Source: Bacillota bacterium
GTDB lineage: Bacteria; Bacillota; Clostridia; Christensenellales; CAG-138
Reading direction: 5' to 3'
Assembly: GCA_023459335.1 (NCBI GenBank)
Contig: JAEWUO010000012.1
Span: 106 to 64,105, forward strand
DNA: 64,000 bases
In this document: one piece after another, positions 28,291-38,516 of the stretch
Layout: the number at the start of each line of letters is the position of its first letter
Position numbering within the stretch: the first letter of the stretch is position 1
Translations under genes and position numbers: made by a program
The notes under the pieces: model-generated
Told to the model about the DNA's origin: nothing
The model's input: only the letters and a program-made list of their open reading frames with translations
Databases searched by the model: none

Positions 28291-28839
28291 ATGAGACAAA
28301 AACCAATATTAATTAATCTTTATGGTGGCCCGGGTAGTGGAAAATCATCAGCGATGTATGAAATAACTGGTAGATTAAAAACTATGGGTGTGGCAGCGGA
28401 GATGTCACCAGAGTTTGTAAAGACAAAGGTCTATAGTAAAGACAAGAAAACTTTTGAAAATCAATTATATATATTTGGAAATCAATCATTTCGACAAAGC
28501 ATACTAATAGGGGAGGTTGATGTTATTATAACAGATGCCCCACTTCTATTGAATGCCTTCTATGGTAAAAATGAAGATTATGCTAGAGAAATGTTATTAA
28601 TAGCTAAAAAATTCAATAGCTCTTTCCAAGAGTTTCATTTCTTCCTTAGGAGAGTAAAACCGTTTTGCCAAAACGGGCGTATTCATAATGAAGAACAATC
28701 TAGAGAGATTGATAAAGAATTATTTTCTTTATTAACAACCAATGTTGGTAAGGATGATTTTGATATTGTTAATGGAGATAGTAGCGGGACCGAAGAAATA
28801 ATCAAATTTATATTAAAGGAGCTCAAAAATGGTAGATAA
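28291..28839 (+). CDS. P-loop nucleotide/polynucleotide kinase-like protein
   Basis: LYGGPGSGKSS Walker A. Small size; DAPLL resembles Walker B. Confidence 0.55.
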   Translation: MRQKPILINLYGGPGSGKSSAMYEITGRLKTMGVAAEMSPEFVKTKVYSKDKKTFENQLYIFGNQSFRQSILIGEVDVIITDAPLLLNAFYGKNEDYAREMLLIAKKFNSSFQEFHFFLRRVKPFCQNGRIHNEEQSREIDKELFSLLTTNVGKDDFDIVNGDSSGTEEIIKFILKELKNGR

Positions 28840-29455
28840 AGTTTTTAATACATTAGGTGCATCAAATCATAGTGATAAAGATAGAGAGGTTAATAACTAC
28901 TACTCAACCCCTCCAATAGTTGTAAAACCTCTATTTAATAAAGTTCCAGAATTAATGTTATGTAATGATATATTGGAACCTTGTTGCGGCGAGGGGCATA
29001 TAGCTAAAGAAGTAAGTCGATTAACTGAAAAGACTGTAAAATCTGTTGATTTAATTGACAGAGGATTTGGTGAAGTTGGGAATATTTTTCAATCAGATTA
29101 TAAAAATAAATATGATTTAATTATAACAAATCCACCATATGATAGGTATAGTAAAAAAAATCCAGAGAATATGGTAAATATGATAATTAAAATGTTAGAC
29201 GATGTAAAGTGCGGCGGCTATGTGTGTCTCTTTCTTAAAACTGTAGCTTTGGAAAGCGAGGCTAGATATGAATTGCTTTTCAAAAATATGAGACCAGAAA
29301 AAGTCTTAGTATCAGTAGATAGAGTCTCTTGTCTAAAGAGCGGCGACATTAAGAATGATGGTGGAGCTATTTCTTATTGCTGGTATGTGTGGCATAAAGA
29401 TAAAGATGGTAATTTTTCCAAAGAAACAATTTTAGATTGGTTTAGGGTTAAATAG
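28829..29455 (+). CDS. DNA methyltransferase (NPPY type, probably N6-adenine)
   Basis: ILEPCCGEGHI (motif I) and DLIITNPPYD (motif IV). Confidence 0.7.
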   Translation: MVDKVFNTLGASNHSDKDREVNNYYSTPPIVVKPLFNKVPELMLCNDILEPCCGEGHIAKEVSRLTEKTVKSVDLIDRGFGEVGNIFQSDYKNKYDLIITNPPYDRYSKKNPENMVNMIIKMLDDVKCGGYVCLFLKTVALESEARYELLFKNMRPEKVLVSVDRVSCLKSGDIKNDGGAISYCWYVWHKDKDGNFSKETILDWFRVK

Positions 29456-29460
29456 ACTGG

Positions 29461-29489
29461 TTGACTTGCGGCCGCAAATCTGATATAAT
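29461..29489 (+). promoter_or_regulatory. phage consensus promoter with GCGGCCGC in the spacer
   Basis: TTGACTTGCGGCCGCAAATCTGATATAAT. Confidence 0.7.
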
Positions 29490-29523
29490 AATAATATAAT
29501 AAAAAATTGAGAGGAAGTTAAAA

Positions 29524-30630
29524 ATGATAGATAAAAACTTTATAGAGCAGCCGGCTGAGAAATATTGGTCTTTTCCATCAAATTACCCTAAAGAAAAAAG
29601 AAAAGAAGAGGTTTCATTCTTAATAAAGAATGAAATTACTATGGGGGCAATAAAAAAAGATGGGCACTATTTCCGTTTTTCAAAAACAGATGATGGGGAA
29701 ATGTCCCTAACGTCTAGGGACAAATCAACAGTAACAAAAGAATTCATAAACAAGATTAATTGGGTGCCACATCTATATGATTTCTTTAATTCCTTACCAA
29801 ATGGAACAGTTTTACTAGGAGAAATATATTTCCCAAATAAAGCTGGTTCAAAAGAAATTACTAAAATTATGGGTTGTTTACAACCCAAAGCTGTAGAAAG
29901 ACAAAAGGAAGACAGTAATAAAGTATATTATTATATATTTGATGCTTGGGCGTTTAATGGAAAATCATTGATGAACACTAGGGCTGAAGAAAGATTTAAT
30001 TTATTAAAAGAGATTGACACAAAAGGTTGTCAATTTGTTGAAGTTGCTGAATATAAGCAAGGATTAGAGTTATGGGCTCTATTATGGACTTCATTGGAAG
30101 CCGGCGAAGAGGGTATTGTTATAACAAATAAAGATTCAACACCAGCTCCGGGCAAAAAGACTGCCCGAAAAACACTAAAAATAAAAAAAGAACTAACGGA
30201 TACAATAGATGTCTTTTTTACAGGAAGATACAAACAAAGTAAAAAAGACTACAAGGGAAAAGAAATCGAAACACATAAATATTGGTTAAACTCAAAAACT
30301 AATCAACTTGTTCAAGGCGAGTATTATGATAAGTTTATTGATGGCGGCACGTATGAACCGGTTACTAAAGGATTTTTCATGGGATTTGCGGGGTCTCTTG
30401 AATATGCTGTGGTGGATAAAGAAGGAAAAATTGTCCCCATTGGATGGCTCTCTTCTCTTACTGAGGAAATTAAAATTGCTGTAAGAGAAAATCCAGAGAA
30501 AATAAAAAATAAGGTTATTGAAATTAATGCTATGGAATATGAAGATACGGGCGGCTTTAGGCATTGTAAAATGGTGCAATTTAGACAAGATAAGAATTGG
30601 AAGGATTGTAGTATAGATCAAATAAAATAG
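29524..30630 (+). CDS. ATP-dependent DNA ligase
   Basis: GAIKKDG (KxDG adenylation motif), LLGEIYF, YYIFDAW, EGIVIT, LKIKK. Confidence 0.8.
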   Translation: MIDKNFIEQPAEKYWSFPSNYPKEKRKEEVSFLIKNEITMGAIKKDGHYFRFSKTDDGEMSLTSRDKSTVTKEFINKINWVPHLYDFFNSLPNGTVLLGEIYFPNKAGSKEITKIMGCLQPKAVERQKEDSNKVYYYIFDAWAFNGKSLMNTRAEERFNLLKEIDTKGCQFVEVAEYKQGLELWALLWTSLEAGEEGIVITNKDSTPAPGKKTARKTLKIKKELTDTIDVFFTGRYKQSKKDYKGKEIETHKYWLNSKTNQLVQGEYYDKFIDGGTYEPVTKGFFMGFAGSLEYAVVDKEGKIVPIGWLSSLTEEIKIAVRENPEKIKNKVIEINAMEYEDTGGFRHCKMVQFRQDKNWKDCSIDQIK

Positions 30631-30665
30631 AGAATTCAATATATTTAAAAGAATGGAGGACTAAA

Positions 30666-31433
30666 ATGTTAAATTATGTATTAACACCCATTGCCGGCGA
30701 GCCAGTAAAACCATTAGATAAATTACAGGTAAAATGCTTTACTTGTAGTCATTTCACAATATGTAATCTAAGGTTGGGTTATTTAAAAATAGCAAAATTA
30801 ATTCACAATATGTTTCAGCCGGCGGAGCAGTATTTAATTGCTCCATTAAAACCATTTGGAGATTTTAATAGTGGAACTTTAGTAGACCCAGAATTAGTTC
30901 CAGAAACGATTAAAAAAAGTACTGGTGAAGTCGGGCGGCTATATCAAGCTAGATTTTTTGAAGATACAGATACATTGAAATTAATTTACTTATTTAATGG
31001 CGTAGAATTTTTAATGTGCGAGTATTCCTATATTAATGATATTGTTTCACAATTGAATAATCAAGAGGGCAACAATGAAACCACAATGGAATTAAGCTCA
31101 GAACAAAATATTATTGCTATGGCTATTGAGAATGCTGATGAAATCGAAATTCCTTTTGAGTTAACAAATTCTACTGGAGAATATGTTAATTCGACATATT
31201 TTTCCGCCGCATTAAATTGTAGTTTTTATGCTCAAGTAAGAGGAATAACATATTCAGAAGCAATAAATAAATTGTTGGCTTCATATCCAAATGGAATACC
31301 TATGGAAAATGGCGAATACTACAATCTTGCAACTTATACATACACACCAGAAGGAGAAGGATTATATAATCCTATGGCGGGTGTACCTGTATTAGCACCA
31401 TTTCCATTGCCAAAGTTTCCTAGGGAGTTATAA
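30666..31433 (+). CDS. hypothetical protein
   Basis: 255-aa ORF with the RBS GGAGGA. Confidence 0.45.
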   Translation: MLNYVLTPIAGEPVKPLDKLQVKCFTCSHFTICNLRLGYLKIAKLIHNMFQPAEQYLIAPLKPFGDFNSGTLVDPELVPETIKKSTGEVGRLYQARFFEDTDTLKLIYLFNGVEFLMCEYSYINDIVSQLNNQEGNNETTMELSSEQNIIAMAIENADEIEIPFELTNSTGEYVNSTYFSAALNCSFYAQVRGITYSEAINKLLASYPNGIPMENGEYYNLATYTYTPEGEGLYNPMAGVPVLAPFPLPKFPREL

Positions 31434-31840
31434 TGAGTAGTAGCTATGAAGATAAAATCAATGATATTTTTATTTCCGAAAAAGTGAGTTTTAAGAGAGA
31501 AGTGGAATTTAATAATCTTCGTGGAGTAAGAACTACTCCACTAAGGTTTGATTTTGTTGTTTTTAAGCAAGGGCGAATTGATTACATTGTTGAGGTTGAT
31601 GGGGAACAACATTTTGTTTTTAATAAATTTTTCCATAGGAATAATAAAATCATGTTCCGCCGGCAAAGAGAGTATGATAGACGGAAAAATTCATATTGTT
31701 TAAAAAACAACTATATTTTATATAGAATACCGTATTGGGAAATTGAGAACATCAACAACTTAGGTAATATATTTAACTCAAGGTTCTTGGTGGTTGATAA
31801 GTTCCACAATGACAATATTATTAATGATAAATTTTCATAA
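31433..31840 (+). CDS. PD-(D/E)XK (DUF559/Vsr-like) endonuclease, possibly a free-standing homing endonuclease
   Basis: FDFVV...IVEVDGEQHF pattern with a basic C-terminal half. Confidence 0.45.
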   Translation: MSSSYEDKINDIFISEKVSFKREVEFNNLRGVRTTPLRFDFVVFKQGRIDYIVEVDGEQHFVFNKFFHRNNKIMFRRQREYDRRKNSYCLKNNYILYRIPYWEIENINNLGNIFNSRFLVVDKFHNDNIINDKFS

Positions 31841-31885
31841 AAGTCGTATCATGGACTCTATTTCTTTGAGATAGAGTTCATATTA

Positions 31886-31914
31886 TTGACTTTTTTCGGG
31901 AAATATGATATAAT
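31886..31914 (+). promoter_or_regulatory. phage consensus promoter (nrd operon)
   Basis: TTGACT-17-TATAAT. Confidence 0.7.
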
Positions 31915-31959
31915 TATAATATGGTAAAATTACCAAATATGTAAAAAGAGGTGTTTTAA

Positions 31960-32163
31960 TTGATACTATATACAACAGAAACTTGTCCAAAATGTAAAGC
32001 TTTAAAATTTTTATTAGATAATAAAAATTGTAAGTATGAGGTTGTCACAGACCAAAAAATATTACAAGAAAAAGAATTTACTGTTGTCCCAATGCTTGAA
32101 ATGGATGATGGTAGAGTTTTGAATTATGCGGCGGCGGCAATAGAAATAGGAGGTATTAAATAG
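31960..32163 (+). CDS. nrdH: glutaredoxin-like protein NrdH
   Basis: MILYTTETCPKCKALK contains a CxxC redox motif. 67 aa, directly upstream of nrdD. Confidence 0.75.
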   Translation: MILYTTETCPKCKALKFLLDNKNCKYEVVTDQKILQEKEFTVVPMLEMDDGRVLNYAAAAIEIGGIK

Positions 32164-32690
32164 TGCATATTAATTTTAAATTAAACAAAAACTTTGCAAC
32201 CACATTTAACAAACTCTGTGAAAAATATGGTGAAGAATTTGAATATCTAAATGGTGTTCATAAAACACAATTAGATGACACAGAGTTTATTGATCACTTT
32301 ACGGCTGACAACAAGAATATTTCCGATAATACGGTTGACCCAAATGCTAACCAAAAGTTCAAAGATATAGTTTCCCTAAGGGCTGAAAAGGGAAAGAGTA
32401 GAGATAAACTTCTAGCAATGAACAAAATATTTTATGAAGTTCAAAAAGAATATGGATTCCAGACAGCTAAGGAATTTTTGGAAGATGAGTGGAATGGTGC
32501 TACCTATTTGAATGATTTTGTGACAGCGTCATTCATCCCTTACTGCTTTAGTTATGATCTAACTAGATTATGTACTGAGGGATTGTTTATGCTTGGGGAT
32601 AATTACAATAACTTGCCGCCAAAACACCTAGACACATTTAATGATGATGTGGTGGAATATGTCTCATGGAACGCAAACAGGACCTCGGGT
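32163..32690 (+). CDS. nrdD: anaerobic ribonucleotide reductase NrdD, exon 1
   Basis: N-terminal NrdD-like region. The frame degenerates after ...NANRTSG (ggt, U last). Confidence 0.7.
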
Positions 32691-33785
32691 AGAAATATGC
32701 TGTGCCCTTTTATTTCTTTTCCACTAACCAGTGGTGTTGCTTATGCAGCTAACGGGGAAAACTAAGTATATGAATAATATATATGTCAATCCCGTGGGAA
32801 TTATTAAAAAGAGTATTTATATTATAACAAATAGTTTAAACAATAAAGTTTATATAGGACAATCAACCGAACCCGAGAGAAGATTTAAAGAACATTGTCG
32901 CAAGGGAGAGAGTTTGATTTCAAAAGCTATTAAAAAATATGGAGTTGAAAATTTTTCTTTAAATATATTAGATTGTGAAATTCTTAATTATAATGAAAGA
33001 GAAAAATATTGGATAAAATATTATGATAGTAAAGTACCATTTGGATATAATATTTTAGAAGGTGGCAATTGCCCTCCTAACTATAGCGGAGATGAACATC
33101 CAAATGTAAAACTTACAGAACAAATTGTTCTTTGTTTAAAAAATGACTTACTAAAAACAACTATTTCATTATCTCAATTAGCAGAAAAATACAATATCTC
33201 AAAAAGACAAGTAATTAGAATTAATAACGGAAGCAGTAGAGCGAAATTAAATGAAGAGTACCCCATTAGGAGAGTTCCAAATAATAATGGTAAGTTAACA
33301 ACAGAAGATATAGATATTATTATCGAATTGTTAAAATACTCCTATAGAGCTAATGGCGATATAGCTAAAGAATACGGGGTTGAAGTTCATACAATTTCTA
33401 AAATAAATAATGGAACTTGTCATAAGAGAGATAATATCCAATATCCAATAAGAAAATGGAAAAGTTGTGGAGTAACGCTTTTTACTTATGAAAATATTAC
33501 AGAAATTATAGATTTATTACTAAATTCCGAAGAATCAATTCGTAATATAGCAAAAAAGTATAGTGTGAGTCATTCAACTATTAACAATATAAATAAAGGA
33601 GTATCAAAAAGATATTATCGAGAGGGAGTAATTTACCCTTTAAGAACTCTTTAATAAAGCCTGTATCGACTATCCTCGCTAAGAGGAGTACAATTGCTAT
33701 TTGGTATGTAATTGGAAAGAGAAATCCTACAGTAAATACTGTAGTAAAAGATAGTCAGTCTTAATGGAAACATTAAGAGCCTACG
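32691..33785 (+). mobile_element. Group I intron 1 of nrdD with GIY-YIG ORF
   Basis: G at 33785 precedes GCA GTA GGA (AVGLADY...). The 3' part (33655-33770) is homologous to the 3' part of gyrB-like intron 2 (GTATCGACTATCCTCG, GATAGTCAG). GCTAACGG box present. Confidence 0.7.
32771..33654 (+). CDS. GIY-YIG homing endonuclease with three NUMOD1-like HTH repeats
   Basis: IYIITNSLNNKVYIGQS..RRFKEH..YGVENF..REKYWI. Repeats such as LAEKYNISKRQVIRINNG occur x3. Confidence 0.8.
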
Positions 33786-35753
33786 GCAGTAGGATTAGCA
33801 GATTACATTATATGGTCTTATTATTTTTGGAAGAATGATAAGGCAAGTGGATTATTTTGGAAAAAAGAAGATGGTGAGTTTATTGACATCTCTGAAAAAG
33901 CACTAAGACAAAGTTTTCAGAAGATTTGTTATAGACTGAACCAGCCCTTCCTACGCATTGATCAATCAGCATTTACCAATTTTTCTGTTTTTGATAGGTC
34001 TTACTTAGTAGAATTATTTGGTACAAAGGTGTTTCCAAATGGAGAACTCGGCATCACAATGATAGAAGGGTTTTTAGAACACCAAAAAATATTTTTAGAA
34101 GAGTTTTCTAGAATTAAAGGTGAAAATCTCTTTGGTTTTCCAGTTGTAACAATTTCATTGTTATATCAAGATGGGAAATTTGTTGACGAAGATTTTTCCA
34201 GATGGGCTTGTGAACACAATAGAAAATGGAATGATAGTAATCTATTTATTTCTGGTGAACTTGGGATTTTGAGTTCTTGTCCTTTAGATGGTGATACGGA
34301 GATCGTCTATTGGGGAGATAGACTAAAAAGATTTTTCTTGTCATCAATAGAAGACGTTTATAATAATCATAGTAGAGATGGTAAAATACCGTTAATAAAA
34401 ACTTTTTCAAATGGACAAATTATAAACTGTAGAATAAACAAATTTGATATCGCTCCAGAATATGAAATTACTTTAGCAAATAACGCAAAAATTAGAACCA
34501 CTGCAGATCATTTAAATAAAGTTTATGGAAGAGATTATGTTAGAACAAAAGAATTAACAACTGATGATTTTCTTCCTTATGGATTAAATAAATATATTGG
34601 TAGCGATAGTTTATCTTACGAAGAAGGTAAAATTGTTGGGGCTTTTCTAGGGGATGGCTCTTTTATAGAAAATGGGATTGTTCTAAGTCTAAATTCAAAT
34701 ACAGATAGAGATTTTATGGATTGGTTACATGACTATGTTCCAAAATATTTTGGAGGAAAATGTATAGAGGATGAAAAAACCTCAACTATTAGTGGGGAAA
34801 AAAGTTGTATTAATTTTAGAATTATTTCAAAATATTTAAAAGGATTAATAGAACAATGTGTTTTAGGAAAAAACGCTTTAACAAAGGAAATCAACTTGAT
34901 AGTATTAAATTATTCCGAACAATTTAGACAAGGATTAATAGATGGATGGCAAACTGCTGATGGTGGAAACAATAATAGAATTTATTCTTCCTCTAAAAAA
35001 CTTATAGATACAATGGTTGTTGTTTTTACTAGTTTAGGAATTGTAACTAGGATTGATGAAGATAATAGAGAAAGTAGACTTGGGAAAAATACTTGTTACA
35101 CTTTACGATTTTACACTCCAAATAAAAAGAAAATAAAAGATCTTTATATAGCAGAAGAAGATGTTCTGTGGATAAAAATTAAATCTATCACAAGATGTAG
35201 TAGTAAAAAAAGAAAATCTTATTGTTTAGAAGTATTGGATGATGTGGAGCCAGTATTTACACTAGGGAATGGTATTATTACACATAATTGCCGCGTCACT
35301 AACGATACCAAGCAAATGCCGGCGTTCATTAACTCAATAGGAGGAACAGCATTATCAATTGGTTCTGTAAAAGTTAATACTATTAACCTAAAGAGAATTG
35401 CCATAGAAAGCGGCGGCGATAAGGATAAATTTATGGAAATTCTTGAGAAAAGAATGATATTAGTGATGAAAGTTCTCAAAATTGTAAGAAGAATTATAAC
35501 TAGAAATATAGAAAAAGGGCTTTTAACTAACTATGTTGATGGTTGTATTGATATGGAGAAACAGTTTTGTACAATAGGTATTAATGCAATGTACGAAGCT
35601 ATAAATTATTTTAAACTAATCAAAACCGATGAATTTGGTTATAAATCTTATTCTGATGAAGGACTAGTTTTTGCGGCAAATATTTTAGATAAAATGAACA
35701 AATTGAAAGATGAATTTCCAGTAGATTATCAACAAAATATAGAATGTATCCCT
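33786..35753 (+). CDS. nrdD: NrdD exon 2 (includes an intein)
   Basis: AVGLADYIIWSYYFW..., SAFTNFSVFD, ...GILSS|intein|CRVTND..., ends NIECIP (cct, U last). Confidence 0.75.
34278..35288 (+). mobile_element. Intein (337 aa, class 1, LAGLIDADG endonuclease domain) in NrdD
   Basis: Begins CPLDGDTEIVY and ends GNGIITHN|C. IVGAFLGDGSF and GLIDGWQTADGG motifs. Confidence 0.8.
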
Positions 35754-36099
35754 AAAAGAACTGGGGCGTAGTAGTGTAAGCTACTAATGAAAACTTTCTC
35801 TGATTGACTTGGAAAACCTGAGTGGTTGACAGGGCGGAAGGATATATTATAGTCCACCGTGAACGACTAAGTGAGAAAGCGTCTTAAAAAGATGATGCGA
35901 TAGTCTGAACTCTACTGTAACATCAAAGTAGAGAGTAAAGTTTAACGACTTTACCGCCATATGTAAATATAATTATAGGAGAAATAGATTATTATTAATA
36001 ATATAAAAAATTCCAGCAGTAAAATAATTGGTGAGGTTATAAATAAATATAATATTGAATTTAATCAACCAGAACGTATGGTCATAAAGTAACAGATTG
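35754..36099 (+). mobile_element. Group I intron 2 of nrdD (ORF-less, 346 nt)
   Basis: Lies between ...ECIP and GETCAKIFCKKDF (NrdD consensus iPaEs..k.a.kD). Last nt is G. Contains GATAGTC and AACGACT boxes. Confidence 0.65.
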
Positions 36100-36264
36100 G
36101 GTGAAACCTGTGCAAAAATATTTTGTAAGAAAGATTTTCTACTCTATGGAGAAGAGAATAGTGTTCCTGTGTATTCAAACCAATGGATACCACTAGTGGA
36201 ACGCTGCTCAATAAAAGAAAAGTTAAGACTTGGAGCACTTTTAGATAAGAAGTGCGGTGGTGGT
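36100..36264 (+). CDS. nrdD: NrdD exon 3 (55 codons)
   Basis: GETCAKIFCKKDFLLYGEENSVPVYSNQWIPLVERCSIKEKLRLGALLDKKCGGG. Too short to appear in the ORF track. Confidence 0.65.
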
Positions 36265-37266
36265 TTAAGATAATTTGGCTACCATAGTAAATTTAGTGAA
36301 CGCTACCAAGCGGTGTCTTTATTAATTTGAAGGCTAACGGGGGACGTTATTTACCAATCCCGTGCTGAGCTCCATAGAATAAGTTCTAAGGAGAAAGTGT
36401 AACGACTATCGGTGATGAGTGTAACCGAGTACAAGTAGAGATAAGTACTATTTGGAAGTGCGTAACTAGAGGGTGGAGTTTTCTACTGTCTAGAAGATAT
36501 AGTCTAATTAAAGGAGAATTTTGAATGAACTGTAAACAATGTGGAAAAGAAATTCCAAAAACAAATCAATTTAATATTAATTATAATGGAGAAAAAATTG
36601 TTGTGTGTGGTAAACACTATGCACAATATCTAAAATATAATCATTTTTTAGATAGTAATCAAAAAACTTGTTTTGATAGAAATGAGTATGAGATTACTGA
36701 AGACGGGGTATGGATATATACTTTTAATAGAAATCAAGAGGTGTCTGGTAAATTCTTGATTGATGAAGAAGATTTAGAAAGAGTTATTATTCATAAGTGG
36801 AGATTTTGGAAAAATACCTTTTATACTGGGACATATAATCCAGTTTCAATCCATAAATTTTTACTAAATACGCCGGCGGATAAAGTAGTTGATCATATAA
36901 ATGGAAATAGAAGCGATAATCGTAAAGAGAATTTACGAATTTGTTCTCAACACCAAAACGCAATAAACAGGAGTTTATTAAATAAAAATAAGAGCGGCGT
37001 TGCTGGTGTGTATTTTGACAAAATAAGAAGTAAATGGTTAGCTGAAATAAAATTTAATTATGTTAAATGTTTCTTAGGGCGTTTTTCTGAATTTGCTGAT
37101 GCTGTTTTTGTTAGATATTATGCTGAACAAAAGCTCTTTGGAGAGTTTAGAAATACAAGAAATGATTGTAACATTATCCAAATTGTAAATGATTGTAAAA
37201 ATAAAGAAGATTTGAAAAGTAAAATTGATTTGAAATTACAGGAAAAATTTAAAATTCAAGATTAAG
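36265..37266 (+). mobile_element. Group I intron 3 of nrdD with HNH-AP2 ORF
   Basis: Exon 3 ends GGT. G at 37266 precedes CAA ATT ACT CAC (QITHINID). GGCTAACGGGGG box. The ORF stop is 1 nt from the 3' splice site. Confidence 0.65.
36525..37265 (+). CDS. HNH homing endonuclease with AP2-like DNA-binding domain
   Basis: VVDHINGNRSDNRKENLR..HQN (HNH). SGVAGVYFDKIRSKWLAEI (AP2-like). Confidence 0.8.
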   Translation: MNCKQCGKEIPKTNQFNINYNGEKIVVCGKHYAQYLKYNHFLDSNQKTCFDRNEYEITEDGVWIYTFNRNQEVSGKFLIDEEDLERVIIHKWRFWKNTFYTGTYNPVSIHKFLLNTPADKVVDHINGNRSDNRKENLRICSQHQNAINRSLLNKNKSGVAGVYFDKIRSKWLAEIKFNYVKCFLGRFSEFADAVFVRYYAEQKLFGEFRNTRNDCNIIQIVNDCKNKEDLKSKIDLKLQEKFKIQD

Positions 37267-37554
37267 CAAATTACTCACATAAACATAGATAAACCATTCT
37301 CAACACCAGAGCAAGCATGGAGAATGCTCAATACTGTGGCTGAAAGCGGAGTTATTTACTTTGCATTTAATACAGTAATGAGTGAATGCAAAAACAAGCA
37401 CGTATACTATGGCGATATTTGTCCAGAGTGTGGTTGTCCAACATTAGAGCAATATACTAGAATTGTTGGATTTATAACACCAATAAGAACATGGAGCAAA
37501 GAGAGAAGAGAAGAGTTCCCAAAAAGGAATTTCTTTGTGAGTGAAAATCTATAG
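37267..37554 (+). CDS. nrdD: NrdD exon 4 (Zn site and glycyl-radical domain)
   Basis: QITHINID...GVIYFAFN...CKNKH..CPECG...TRIVGFITPIRTWSKERREE. Confidence 0.75.
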   Translation, partial: QITHINIDKPFSTPEQAWRMLNTVAESGVIYFAFNTVMSECKNKHVYYGDICPECGCPTLEQYTRIVGFITPIRTWSKERREEFPKRNFFVSENL

Positions 37555-37568
37555 GAAGAAGGAAAATA

Positions 37569-38033
37569 ATGAAAGTAAGCGGCATAATTATAGAAGATTT
37601 TGTAAATTATAGGAAGCCATCTTTATTCATAGGTTTTTCAATGTGTGACTTTAAGTGCCAAAAAGAATTTGGAGTAGTGTGTCAAAACGCTACTCTTATT
37701 CAACAAAGTCAAAATGTTGATTTAAAAACCTTGATTCAAGTATATAAAGACAATCCAATAACTCAAGCTATTGTTTGCGGCGGCATGGAGCCATTCTATA
37801 ACCCTAAGGAATTATTGGAATTAGTTCAAGCATTTAGAGAAATAACCGAAGATGAAATCGTAATTTATTCTGGATATAATGAAGATGAAATTAAAGAAAC
37901 CATAGAAGTCTTGAAAAAATATCCTAATATTATTGTTAAATTTGGTCGTTTTAGCGGCCGCAAAGATAAGAATTATGATGAAGTCTTAGGTGTAGAATTA
38001 TTTGGCGAACAATATGCTAAAAAAATAAGTTAA
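37569..38033 (+). CDS. nrdG: anaerobic RNR activating protein NrdG-like
   Basis: Position directly after nrdD, size 154 aa, and the Cys cluster FSMCDFKCQKEFGVVCQN. Confidence 0.6.
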   Translation: MKVSGIIIEDFVNYRKPSLFIGFSMCDFKCQKEFGVVCQNATLIQQSQNVDLKTLIQVYKDNPITQAIVCGGMEPFYNPKELLELVQAFREITEDEIVIYSGYNEDEIKETIEVLKKYPNIIVKFGRFSGRKDKNYDEVLGVELFGEQYAKKIS

Positions 38034-38043
38034 GGAGATTGAA

Positions 38044-38271
38044 ATGAAATTTAAAATAAACGATGAAGACAAAGAGCTTGTTGAAGATGTTAAGAAAGGC
38101 TTGAAAGAAAATAAGAAAAAGTTTGGTAAGCCTTACTGTCCATGTATACCAGAGTATGCTTATACAGCAGCAAATGATGGTGATCTAATTTGTCCCTGTT
38201 TAGAATTTAGAATTGACGCTGGTGTTGGGGAAAAATGTCATTGTGGGCTTTATATAAAAACAGAATTGTAA
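38044..38271 (+). CDS. ferredoxin:thioredoxin reductase catalytic-subunit-like (FTR/FDR-like) protein
   Basis: CPC-x15-CPC-x12-CHC cysteine pattern. Confidence 0.6.
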   Translation: MKFKINDEDKELVEDVKKGLKENKKKFGKPYCPCIPEYAYTAANDGDLICPCLEFRIDAGVGEKCHCGLYIKTEL

Positions 38272-38353
38272 TCCCACTCCAGCTCATGGATAAATTCGAT
38301 AAATTGTTCCAAAGAAAAAAGAAAAAGGTAATTAAAAATAAAATATTATTCAC

Positions 38354-38396
38354 AGCTCACACAGACTTTTTTGTTTATGTGAGCTTTCCTTTTTTA
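38354..38396 (+). terminator. rho-independent terminator
   Basis: Hairpin AGCTCACA/TGTGAGCT followed by TTCCTTTTTT. Confidence 0.7.
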
Positions 38397-38453
38397 AAAC
38401 CTAGTTAAAATTATATTTCACAATAATTAGCACTAATCTGACATTGGGTTGTA

Positions 38454-38482
38454 TTGACTTGCGGCCGCAAATATAGTATAAT
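38454..38482 (+). promoter_or_regulatory. phage consensus promoter with GCGGCCGC in the spacer
   Basis: TTGACTTGCGGCCGCAAATATAGTATAAT. Confidence 0.7.
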
Positions 38483-38516
38483 AATATTATAATAAAATTT
38501 AAAGGAGTTAAAAAAA

